This document shows positions 1-7,858 of a DNA stretch of 64,000 nt, piece by piece; position 1 is the first letter of the stretch, and every line of letters begins with the position of its first letter. The position numbers were made by a program, and so were the translations under genes. A model generated the notes under the pieces. That model was not told where the DNA came from. It searched no databases and saw only the letters and a program-made list of their open reading frames with translations. Origin of the DNA: Lachnospiraceae bacterium (GTDB taxonomy: Bacteria > Bacillota > Clostridia > Lachnospirales > Lachnospiraceae). The stretch is taken from the NCBI GenBank assembly GCA_015056735.1, contig SVFT01000002.1, positions 100,432-164,431 on the forward strand. Reading direction: 5' to 3'.

Positions 1-48
1 TCAAGGAAGGTCAATAGAGTACAAGAAACCATTGATAGGAGAATCTGT

Positions 49-1659
49 ATGAGCAAGACACGCACAAAAAAGGAACTTCTTGCAGTATTGATTTGTGTTG
101 AGGCGATCGCCGTGACGGCTGTCTGCTTCAATATCTGGCCGGATCAAAAGGCGTTTCCGCTCCTGATCCTGGCTGAGGCGGCTGCGACGTTTTTCGCACT
201 GCTCTCCTTGAAAAAAGAGCTTTCGAATCCGGGAAGGGATGATGAGCCCGTATCGTCGGAAGAAAGTATCGCGATCTCGGAAGAGCGCGCAGCACTCGAA
301 GAGGAGCGTGCGTCGATTGAAGATCTGCGTCAGATGCTCGAAGAAGAAAAAACGCGTCTCGAGCAGATAAAAGCGGATGCGGAAACCGGGTCGGGCGCTG
401 ACAGCGATGAACTGGAAAAACTGCGTGCGGAGCTTGAGGAAGAACGCGAGATCCGTGAAGAACTGGCTGACGAGATCGATGCCAAGACAGAAGAGATCCT
501 GCGTCAGCAGGTAATGATCGGCTCGGCACTGCAGGTGGCCAATGATGTTTCCAAAGCAAGATCCGAGTTTGTGACCACCATTTCGCACGATATCAGAACG
601 CCGATGAATGCGATCATCGGTTTTACCAATCTGGCATTGAAGGACGAAGGACTGTCCGAAGAGACACGTTCTTATCTGGCCAAGGTAAGCCGCGCATCCG
701 ATCATATGCAGGCAATGTTAGAGGAGCTTCTTGAATCCGGAAAGTCTCAGGTCGAGAAGGAATATGAAAAGCCGACGAATGTGCGGAAGCTGATGGAAGG
801 GCTCTGTACGTACGCAAAAGAAGATACTGATCGCAGGAAACAGATTTTCTCAATCGATACAACGGGTATTCGGGAGCGCGATGTGATCCTGGATCCGATC
901 CGCTTAAATCAGGTGATCCAGAATGCGTTCGCCGATGTGCAGAAGAGCACGCCTGAGTATGGCAAGCTCATGATCTCGGTTCGTGAGGACGAAGTGCCTG
1001 GCATGGATCGCAAGGAATATGATTTCTATATTTCAAGCGACAGGATCTATGAAGATGCAGATCCGGAGACGGACAGCTCCATGACCGTAACAAGGAATCT
1101 GGCAGAGCTTATGGGCGGCACGGTCGAAGTGCAGAATGAAGGCAGCGCAGGGCTGTGTATGACTGTAACGATCCCGTTCAGAGAGATCGGAGAAGAGAAG
1201 GAAGAGGAAGCGGCGGAGGCTGCGAGCCCTGAGGCGTACAGCATAGATGAATCCCGTTTCCACGGTGCGCATGTTCTTGTCGTGGAAGATTTTGAGCTGA
1301 ACATGGATATCACGCAGAAGATCTTAAGCGACCACGGTATGATCCCTGATGGCGCAGAGAACGGTCAGATCGCGCTCGATAAGATCAGCGGATCTCCCGC
1401 AGGCACGTACGATATGGTCCTCATGGATGTTGAGATGCCTGTTATGGACGGTCTTGAAGCGACAAGACGTATTCGTGATCTCGATGATCCGAAGCTTGCC
1501 AATATTCCGATCGTTGCCATGACGGCCAATGCATTTGCGGAAGATAAGGCATCAGCGCTTGAGGCAGGCATGGACGGCTATATCGCAAAGCCCATCAGCC
1601 CCGATAAGCTGCTTGCGACAATGGAAAGCCATATGCCTCGTACGCTCGGGAATCACTAA
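49..1659 (+). CDS. hybrid sensor histidine kinase / response regulator (TM, coiled coil, HisKA, degenerate HATPase, receiver)
   Basis: H-box SEFVTTISHDIRTPMNAIIGF. C-terminal receiver has VLVVEDF...MVLMDVEMPVMDG...AMTANAF...AKPI. The region where G1/G2 ATP-lid boxes should be has no DxGxG or GxGxGL. ATG at 49 follows a TAGGAG RBS. Confidence 0.85.
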   Translation: MSKTRTKKELLAVLICVEAIAVTAVCFNIWPDQKAFPLLILAEAAATFFALLSLKKELSNPGRDDEPVSSEESIAISEERAALEEERASIEDLRQMLEEEKTRLEQIKADAETGSGADSDELEKLRAELEEEREIREELADEIDAKTEEILRQQVMIGSALQVANDVSKARSEFVTTISHDIRTPMNAIIGFTNLALKDEGLSEETRSYLAKVSRASDHMQAMLEELLESGKSQVEKEYEKPTNVRKLMEGLCTYAKEDTDRRKQIFSIDTTGIRERDVILDPIRLNQVIQNAFADVQKSTPEYGKLMISVREDEVPGMDRKEYDFYISSDRIYEDADPETDSSMTVTRNLAELMGGTVEVQNEGSAGLCMTVTIPFREIGEEKEEEAAEAASPEAYSIDESRFHGAHVLVVEDFELNMDITQKILSDHGMIPDGAENGQIALDKISGSPAGTYDMVLMDVEMPVMDGLEATRRIRDLDDPKLANIPIVAMTANAFAEDKASALEAGMDGYIAKPISPDKLLATMESHMPRTLGNH

Positions 1660-1676
1660 AGGAAGAAGAGTAGTTT

Positions 1677-2237
1677 ATGAATGAATACAATGCAGTAATA
1701 ACGACTGTTATCATTGCGGCGATCACGTTCCTGATGCAAAAAGTGCTGAGCAATCTGTTCAGCGGCATCGCACTGATCGTTTCCAGACCGTTCAAAAAAG
1801 GCGATAAAGTACTGATCAAATATATGAACGGGAATGAGATCATCTCGGGCCGCATTGAGAGCATCAGTGTGATGCACGTTAAGATTAAAACGTACAATCG
1901 GGACATCTGCATCATTCCGAGCAACCAGTTTGATAATCTGGTCATCATCAACCGCGATCTCAGTGGCGGTGTGAACCATACGGAGACGATCGGGATCACG
2001 CCCGATTCGAATGTGGATAAGGCGATCGCGCTGATCCGTGCAGCTGTTTTGAGTGATGTTCAGACTGAAAATACGGATGAGAATACGCAGATCACCTGCA
2101 AAGCGGTTGGAAGCCGTCTCGTCCTGACATACAATGTCCGTACCTATAATGTGGATACCTCGTTTGAGGTATGCAGCGACATTACGAGACGTATCGTGCG
2201 TGACCTGAGTGAAGCGCCCGATATCACGATAGCCTGA
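1677..2237 (+). CDS. short MscS-like mechanosensitive channel family protein
   Basis: N-terminal TM helix followed by the MscS beta-domain signature GIALIVSRPFKKGDKVLI...GRIESISVMHVKIKTYNRDICIIPSNQF. RBS AAAGGAAG upstream. Confidence 0.55.
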   Translation: MNEYNAVITTVIIAAITFLMQKVLSNLFSGIALIVSRPFKKGDKVLIKYMNGNEIISGRIESISVMHVKIKTYNRDICIIPSNQFDNLVIINRDLSGGVNHTETIGITPDSNVDKAIALIRAAVLSDVQTENTDENTQITCKAVGSRLVLTYNVRTYNVDTSFEVCSDITRRIVRDLSEAPDITIA

Positions 2238-2248
2238 AGACGGATGAT

Positions 2249-2944
2249 ATGACCATGATGGAAAAAGATCTGTTCGGGCCGATAAAAGAATATTTTGAGA
2301 GCTTCGGCTATACGTGCGACGGAGAAGTGAAGGATATCGATCTCTATATGGAGAAAGACGGCGCCTCCGTTGCCGTGGAACTGAAGAAATCACTTGATTT
2401 TAAGGCTGTTCGCCAGGCTGCACTCAGACAGAAGGTGACGGATACCGTGTTCATCGCGATCTTTCGACCTTCCAATATGCGTGCGCATGCCTTTCGCGAC
2501 AGCCTGTATCTGTTAAAGAGGCTGGGGATCGGTTTGATCACTCTTGCGCCGCGAACAGGCGTCATTGAGATCGTAAACGAGCCTGTTGTCAGCGAACTGT
2601 CGCTTTATCTGAGACGTAACGGTGCGCAGAAAAAAGAGCTGGCGGCGGAATTTAGGCGACGTCGCATTAAAACAACGATCGGCGGTGTGACACACACGCA
2701 GGTGCTGACGGGATACCGTCAGGAAGCGCTGCTTGTCCTTCACGGTCTGAAATGCCTCGGCGGCGAATGTAAGGCATCTGACCTTCGGAGAGAGACCGGG
2801 ATCGAGCGGGCACGTCAGATCGTGTATGATAATCATTACGGCTGGTTTGAACGCGCAGGTCATGGAATCTACCGCATCACGGATGCAGGATACGATGCGC
2901 TGAGCGCCTACGCCGATGTACTGGGAGAACTCTTGAAAACATGA
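2249..2944 (+). CDS. PD-(D/E)XK nuclease-fold protein with C-terminal wHTH-like region (DUF2161-like)
   Basis: GEVKDIDLYMEKDG..VAVELKKS gives a D...ExK core typical of the restriction-endonuclease fold. The family name is from memory only. Confidence 0.45.
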   Translation: MTMMEKDLFGPIKEYFESFGYTCDGEVKDIDLYMEKDGASVAVELKKSLDFKAVRQAALRQKVTDTVFIAIFRPSNMRAHAFRDSLYLLKRLGIGLITLAPRTGVIEIVNEPVVSELSLYLRRNGAQKKELAAEFRRRRIKTTIGGVTHTQVLTGYRQEALLVLHGLKCLGGECKASDLRRETGIERARQIVYDNHYGWFERAGHGIYRITDAGYDALSAYADVLGELLKT

Positions 2945-3672
2945 AGATCAGTCTTTATGCGGATGCGGATACAAGCAGTGCAAAAGCAGAAGAAATAGCG
3001 GAAGCAGCGGGCTTTTCACGAATTTTGACTACGCCGGTCGATGAACTGTTTCTGCACCTTACCAAAGAAGGCCTGCGCCTTGAAAGGGACGGCCTTTTTG
3101 TTATGGGAGATTTTGACGCCATGAAAAGGCGCCTAAAGCGCGGAAATCTTTCCGGCGAGATGCTCGTTAAGGCGATGCGCTTAAAAGACATTTCGGAGCC
3201 TTATGTGATCGATGCGACGGCGGGTATGGGAGAAGACTCGCTCCTTCTTGCTGCTGCGGGATTTCGTATCGATCTGTACGAATACGATCCGGTGATCGCG
3301 GCGCTCCTTTCGGATGCGCTCTCGCGTGCGCAGACAGATCCGGCGTTGTCGGAAGCGGTTGGACGGATGAAGCTTTTTCAAAAAGACAGCATGAGCGCGA
3401 TGCAGGACATGACGGAAAAGCCGGATGCGATATACCTTGATCCGATGTTTCCGGGGCGCAAAAAGAGCGGCCTTGTGGGGAAGAAATTTCAACTCCTGCA
3501 GCAGCTTGAGAAGCCCTGCGATCATGAGGAAGAACTGCTTACGGCGGCACTTCGGCTAAAACCGAAAAAGGTCGTAGTGAAGCGTCCGCTCAAAGGACCG
3601 TTCCTTGCAGGACGCAAGCCGTCCTATTCACTTACGGGTAAGGCGATCCGTTATGATGTGATCATGCCATGA
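2941..3672 (+). CDS. rsmJ: class I SAM-dependent methyltransferase, RsmJ-like (16S rRNA m2G1516 family)
   Basis: VIDATAGMGEDSLLLAAAGFRIDLYEYDPVIAALLSDAL and IYLDPMFP match the RsmJ/YhiQ layout. ATGA overlap with the upstream gene. Confidence 0.7.
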   Translation: MKISLYADADTSSAKAEEIAEAAGFSRILTTPVDELFLHLTKEGLRLERDGLFVMGDFDAMKRRLKRGNLSGEMLVKAMRLKDISEPYVIDATAGMGEDSLLLAAAGFRIDLYEYDPVIAALLSDALSRAQTDPALSEAVGRMKLFQKDSMSAMQDMTEKPDAIYLDPMFPGRKKSGLVGKKFQLLQQLEKPCDHEEELLTAALRLKPKKVVVKRPLKGPFLAGRKPSYSLTGKAIRYDVIMP

Positions 3673-3703
3673 TAGGCTTATTTAGGGGGAGGATATCAAT
3701 ATC

Positions 3704-5032
3704 ATGAAGAAAAGACTTTTGCTTTCGGAGACGATCTTTGTCTCCAGTATGCTGTTTGGCCTGTTTTTCGGGGCAGGCAACCTGATCTTTCCGGTCCTGA
3801 TGGGGCAGGAGGCAGGGATGAACGTGTGGCCTGCTTCGTTCGGATTTCTGATCACGGGCGTGGGCCTGCCGCTTCTTGCGGTCGCGGCGCTCGGCATGAC
3901 GCGGTGTGACGGGCTCTTTGAACTTGCGGGGCGTGTCGGAACGGCGTACAGCCTCTTTTTTACCTGCGCACTGTATCTGACGATCGGACCGTTCTTTGCG
4001 ATCCCGAGATGCGCGACCGTATCCTTTACGATCGGTGTATCACCGATCCTGGGCGGCGAGTCGGCGCTCTGGCTCTTCGTCTTTTCGGTGTTGTTCTTTG
4101 CGGCGGTTTTGTGGTTCTCGCTCCATCCGAGCGGGATCCTGACATGGGTCGGCAAGATCTTAAATCCGCTGTTCCTTGTATTCCTGGCGATTCTGATGAT
4201 CCGTTCTTTTGTATCGCCGATGGGCTCTGTCTCCGGGATCGAGCCGATGGGCGGCTATATCGCAGCGGCGCTTCCGACCGGCTTCTTTGAAGGCTATAAT
4301 ACGATGGATGCGCTTGCGGGACTGGCATTTGGCATCATCGTCGTTACGGTCATCAAGAACCTCGGCGTGGAAGAGGGCGCGCCCGTTGCCGCCAATACGA
4401 TCCTTTCCGGGTTCTTCAGCTGCCTTCTGATGGGCGTGATCTATGTGCTGATGGCGCTCCTTGGCGCCCAGAGCCGCAATATCATGGAAGCCTGCGGCAA
4501 CGGTGGCGAGGCGCTTGCAAAGATCGCGGAGCATTATTTTGGCAGATACGGCGCATTCCTCCTTGCGATCATGGTCACGGTCGCATGTTTAAAGACGGCT
4601 GTCGGTCTTGTTACGAGCTGCAGCGAGACATTCAAAGGCATGTTTCCGAATGCGCTTGATGAGAAGAAATGGACGTACGTCTTTACGGGTATCTCCTTCG
4701 TCCTTGCAAATCTCGGACTCAACCAGATCATCGAGTTCTCGATTCCGGTGCTCGTTTTCTTATACCCGCTTGCGATGGTGCTGATCCTTCTGGCGCTTTC
4801 TGAGAAAATCTTTGCGGGCAGCAGTCTTGTGTATAAGGTGACGATCTACTGCACGCTGCCGGTGGCGATCTGCGATTTTATCAATGCGCTCCCCTTTGAG
4901 AGCATCCTTGTGGGGCCCGCGCAGACGGTTATCAATACGCTGCCCTTCGGCAATATGGGCTTTGGCTGGTGCATCCCGGCATTTGCAGGGTTTGTGGTGT
5001 CATTCGTGATCGCAAAGTGCCGGAAGGCATGA
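3704..5032 (+). CDS. brnQ: branched-chain amino acid transport system II carrier protein
   Basis: LFGLFFGAGNLIFPVLMGQEAG N-terminal signature, about 12 predicted TM helices, 442 aa. Confidence 0.9.
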   Translation: MKKRLLLSETIFVSSMLFGLFFGAGNLIFPVLMGQEAGMNVWPASFGFLITGVGLPLLAVAALGMTRCDGLFELAGRVGTAYSLFFTCALYLTIGPFFAIPRCATVSFTIGVSPILGGESALWLFVFSVLFFAAVLWFSLHPSGILTWVGKILNPLFLVFLAILMIRSFVSPMGSVSGIEPMGGYIAAALPTGFFEGYNTMDALAGLAFGIIVVTVIKNLGVEEGAPVAANTILSGFFSCLLMGVIYVLMALLGAQSRNIMEACGNGGEALAKIAEHYFGRYGAFLLAIMVTVACLKTAVGLVTSCSETFKGMFPNALDEKKWTYVFTGISFVLANLGLNQIIEFSIPVLVFLYPLAMVLILLALSEKIFAGSSLVYKVTIYCTLPVAICDFINALPFESILVGPAQTVINTLPFGNMGFGWCIPAFAGFVVSFVIAKCRKA

Positions 5033-5060
5033 TTGGGTTAATTTGAGTTTGTAGTAATAA

Positions 5061-5248
5061 GGGCGCGGAGCTGTTTTGAACTATCCTGATGCTGGCTCTC
5101 CGCACTAAATTCGCACGCACTCCTCAGAACATAGGCTTTCTGCGGAACTCGCTTCGCTCAAACAGGTCCTCGAAAGCCTATTGAGGAGCGCATGCTTATT
5201 AAGTGCTACGGCAAGCATCTGGGATAGTAGCAAAACAGCTCCGCGCCC
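5061..5248. repeat. structured palindromic element, copy A (~188 bp, 18-bp perfect self-TIRs GGGCGCGGAGCTGTTTTG / CAAAACAGCTCCGCGCCC)
   Basis: Arms 5061-5137 and 5174-5248 are self-complementary. The asymmetric apex at 5138-5173 is the reverse complement of the apex in copies B and C. Confidence 0.85.
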
Positions 5249-5354
5249 ATTTTAGATTCTGCTTTTATACTACTGGTACAATGACAGGTCGTGAAATGGA
5301 TAATACAATAATATGAGGAATGGAAGATCACGACGAGAGAGGTTTTGTGTACCA

Positions 5355-5951
5355 ATGTTACGCGAAGACGAGATCAAGAAGCAACGTAAAATCGGAAAGC
5401 AGTTAATGCTGGTTAATTTGTTTAATTGTGAAAAGGACAGTGTCGTGCCCGTTTCAATAGACGACGCAGCAGCGTGGGCTTCTATGGATATAAACGATGT
5501 TAGGAAGTTAAGCAACTTTTGGAGAGGGTTTTCATCCTATGAATTATCGTGGGGCGCAGTTCATGCCTATGAACGTGGAGAAGAATATGCGGGTAGAAAC
5601 GCAAATTTATTTTTGTTTAGAACATGTATGGTTTATGGAAGCCTGTCGTTGGAGATATTGATTTGCAATTTAGAAAAGAAATTTGTGGATTATCTAGCAC
5701 ATGAAAATTATACTGAATATTGCAAAAAACACAGCACTCGGCCGATAAGGGATGAAATGAATCAATCGGGAGTTTTTGAAAAAATACTGCGTTATTACGA
5801 GGACCAGTTTATTGAAGTGCTTGAGGATGCAATTGCTGAAGGGTATGATTGGGATGTAATCTGTGAACTGGCGGGCTTTAGTATCTCAACTAAGAAATAT
5901 GCCCGATATTATGAGTCGTGCTTAGAAAAAAGTAAAGTTTCGGAAGCGTGA
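5355..5951 (+). CDS. hypothetical protein, first gene of the cassette (no recognisable domain)
   Basis: Long ORF in low-GC DNA on the same strand as its neighbours. The start is uncertain: ATG 5313 has no RBS, while ATG 5355 follows GAGAGAGG. The C-terminal segment DVICELAGFSISTKKYARYY looks HTH-like. Confidence 0.5.
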   Translation: MLREDEIKKQRKIGKQLMLVNLFNCEKDSVVPVSIDDAAAWASMDINDVRKLSNFWRGFSSYELSWGAVHAYERGEEYAGRNANLFLFRTCMVYGSLSLEILICNLEKKFVDYLAHENYTEYCKKHSTRPIRDEMNQSGVFEKILRYYEDQFIEVLEDAIAEGYDWDVICELAGFSISTKKYARYYESCLEKSKVSEA

Positions 5952-5975
5952 AGATTTCAACTTTCTTAAAGGAGC

Positions 5976-6296
5976 GTGCGGCCTGTGGAGAGAAGATATC
6001 CTGTTCTTGATGTCGTAAAGACCGGACAAAATATAAAGAAAATTATGCAGGCAAGAGGTCTTACTGTTAGAGATATTCAAACGTTTCTCGGACTTGGGAC
6101 ACCGCAAGCAATCTACCATTGGTTTGAAGGGAGAAATGCACCGACACTTGATAACGTGTATGCGCTCAGCGAACTGTTTCGTCTGCCTATAGATGCAATC
6201 TTATGCGGGAACCGGAAGAATATCTTTTTGTCTAGTCAAACTAGTGGGAGAAGGCTATATGCATATTATGTGGGCATCCTTGGGATGATTGCATAA
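5976..6296 (+). CDS. XRE-family helix-turn-helix transcriptional regulator
   Basis: IKKIMQARGLTVRDIQTFLGLGTPQAIYHWFEGRNAPTLDNVYALSELFRLPIDAIL is a classic HTH_3/Cro-C1 pattern. GTG start after AAGGAG. Confidence 0.8.
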   Translation: MRPVERRYPVLDVVKTGQNIKKIMQARGLTVRDIQTFLGLGTPQAIYHWFEGRNAPTLDNVYALSELFRLPIDAILCGNRKNIFLSSQTSGRRLYAYYVGILGMIA

Positions 6297-6321
6297 GGGG
6301 CAACTGCCTGCCGGAATACTG

Positions 6322-6350
6322 TTTATGATCATGATTTATCGTGATATAAT
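6322..6350 (+). promoter_or_regulatory. predicted extended -10 promoter for the 97-aa ORF / vapD pair
   Basis: TGATATAAT at 6342-6350 (TGnTATAAT) with a weak -35 TTTATG about 17 nt upstream. The palindrome ATGATCAT at 6325-6332 overlaps the -35. Confidence 0.45.
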
Positions 6351-6390
6351 ACAGTCAAACTTGTATTTATTTTTTATGAGGTTTGTTATT

Positions 6391-6684
6391 ATGATGAAGA
6401 TGCTTATTAAGATGGATGAAGCAAAAATACGTGAAGAAAGAAAGTATGATATTTCTAAGATCAATGCTTATCTTGCTAAGGCCTTTGCAAAGCGTCATAT
6501 GGAGCTGGATGATGATGGCTGGTATATCAACGGGAATTTTAGTACTTGTGGTTCCCTTATTATCACGCTTTCTCAGAAAGATTGGTTTATTGACAATCTT
6601 ATGGAGTGGCTTTGGTATGACGAAGAGGATGCCAGTACAGAGGATTTAAAAGCTCGTTATTCCAAGGAGAAGACCATTGCCTAA
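6391..6684 (+). CDS. hypothetical 97-aa protein, translationally coupled upstream partner of VapD
   Basis: ATG 6391 follows TGAGGT. The ORF end overlaps the vapD start by 8 nt. I recognise no family. Confidence 0.55.
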   Translation: MMKMLIKMDEAKIREERKYDISKINAYLAKAFAKRHMELDDDGWYINGNFSTCGSLIITLSQKDWFIDNLMEWLWYDEEDASTEDLKARYSKEKTIA

Positions 6685-7018
6685 TGAAGTTAGAAGGCGA
6701 TATGCCATTAATTTTGATCTTACGATTAAACAGCTTGAGGAGCATTACTCGAGTGATCATCCGAAGCGCGCATATGGTCAGATTGCAAGTTATATGAAAA
6801 AGCATGGCTTTTCTCATAGGCAGTGGTCTGGTTATATTTCAGATATAACGCTGACAAAATCGGAACTTGTTGATTTCACATCGGATTTACACATGACTTT
6901 TCCTTGGTTGATAAAATGTGAAGGAAGCATGGATGCAACCGTAATCAGTGGTATTTTTGATATTAAACAAATGATTCTTGATACGATGTCTGATGAAGAC
7001 GATGATATTGAGCTTTGA
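6677..7018 (+). CDS. vapD: VapD-family (Cas2-fold) endoribonuclease-like protein
   Basis: N-terminus RRYAINFDLTIKQLEEHY...KRAYGQIASYMKKHGFSHRQWSGYI follows the VapD pattern (YA..FDL ... Y..I...L...GF...QGSVY). TTG start at 6677 with AAGGAGA 5 nt upstream. Confidence 0.7.
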   Translation: MPNEVRRRYAINFDLTIKQLEEHYSSDHPKRAYGQIASYMKKHGFSHRQWSGYISDITLTKSELVDFTSDLHMTFPWLIKCEGSMDATVISGIFDIKQMILDTMSDEDDDIEL

Positions 7019-7060
7019 ATATGGTTCTATTTCGATTATGTAGATAAATTGCAGCGAAAA

Positions 7061-7091
7061 GCGGCAGGTCAATTTGACCTGTCGCTTTTTG
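7061..7091 (+). terminator. rho-independent terminator after vapD
   Basis: GCGGCAGGTC-AATTT-GACCTGTCGC hairpin followed by TTTTTG. Confidence 0.75.
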
Positions 7092-7126
7092 TTTGTTTCA
7101 ACTTGGTTTAACGAGGAGGTACTGTT

Positions 7127-7753
7127 ATGTGTGAATTTGGTTATGCTCGGATATCATCAAAAGATCAAAATCCGTCTAGACAACTTGATGCTCTTTTGGA
7201 CAGAGGAGTTGAGGAGAGAAATATTTATGTTGATTATGAATCAGGAAAAGATTTTAACCGACCGCAGTATAAGAATTTAATGAATCGATTGAGATATGGC
7301 GATTCTATCGTAATCAAGAGTATTGATCGACTCGGGCGCAACTACGGTGAGATTCTTGACCAATGGAGAATTATAACGCAGATGAAGGGCGTTTTCATCG
7401 AGGTTTTGGACATGCCGCTTTTGAACACATCTGTCCAAAGAGATAATCTTACAGGCCGGTTGATTTCCGACCTGGTTTTGCAAATCTTGGCATATGTCGC
7501 GGAAACAGAAAGATCTTTTATTAAGCAGAGACAGCGTGAGGGAATCATTTCCGCGAAGAAGCGCGGAATTTGTTTTGGAAGGCCGAAAGTGAAAGAATCC
7601 GACCTATTTGAAGTAGCATACTTTAAATGGCTTAAGGGACAATTGTCTTCGCGCGAAGCTGCTGCGTTTGCTGATATGAAGCATTCCACATTCTACCGGC
7701 GTTGCAAAGAGCGGAAAATGTACGAAAACTCCGTGTTAGAAAGTAGACAATGA
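7127..7753 (+). CDS. small serine recombinase (resolvase/invertase family)
   Basis: GYARISSKDQNPSRQLDAL catalytic-serine motif, VIKSIDRLGRN, ERSFIKQRQREGI, C-terminal HTH; 208 aa. RBS GAGGAGG. Confidence 0.9.
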   Translation: MCEFGYARISSKDQNPSRQLDALLDRGVEERNIYVDYESGKDFNRPQYKNLMNRLRYGDSIVIKSIDRLGRNYGEILDQWRIITQMKGVFIEVLDMPLLNTSVQRDNLTGRLISDLVLQILAYVAETERSFIKQRQREGIISAKKRGICFGRPKVKESDLFEVAYFKWLKGQLSSREAAAFADMKHSTFYRRCKERKMYENSVLESRQ

Positions 7754-7858
7754 GAAACAGTCGATTTGTCGCAACATTGTATGCTTTTTCTTCTTTTTTC
7801 TCATTATAAATCTTCCGTTTCAGAAAGTCTGTTTTTTGAAACAAGGAGGAAAGTTATT

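Noticed and set aside
1-705. 234-aa ORF on the minus strand at the window start.
   Set aside because: It lies entirely antisense to the hybrid histidine kinase, whose HisKA and receiver motifs are unambiguous. The antisense translation is Arg/Phe/Leu-rich with no motif, as expected for the shadow of a Glu/Lys-rich coding region.
5056-5059. AATA directly flanking both ends of the 3.9-kb unit (5056-5059 and 8970-8973), as a possible target-site duplication.
   Set aside because: Four bases in AT-rich flanks are not statistically meaningful, and serine recombinases do not make target duplications. I kept it only as a remark inside the main finding.
4932-5120. 62-aa minus-strand ORF running into palindrome A, and the analogous short reading frames inside palindrome B.
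   Set aside because: They are translations of the repeat itself: the same peptide-like strings appear wherever the repeat occurs. They have no RBS and overlap the brnQ 3' end.
7093-7844. 9-bp inverted repeat, TTGTTTCAA (7093-7101) and TTGAAACAA (7836-7844), flanking the recombinase gene. Each lies just upstream of an RBS, which raised the possibility of a small invertible switch.
   Set aside because: A 9-bp match in two AT-rich ~100-bp spacers is plausibly chance (I estimate a few percent). No extended dyad like a 26-bp hix-type site surrounds either copy. I noted it but do not claim it.
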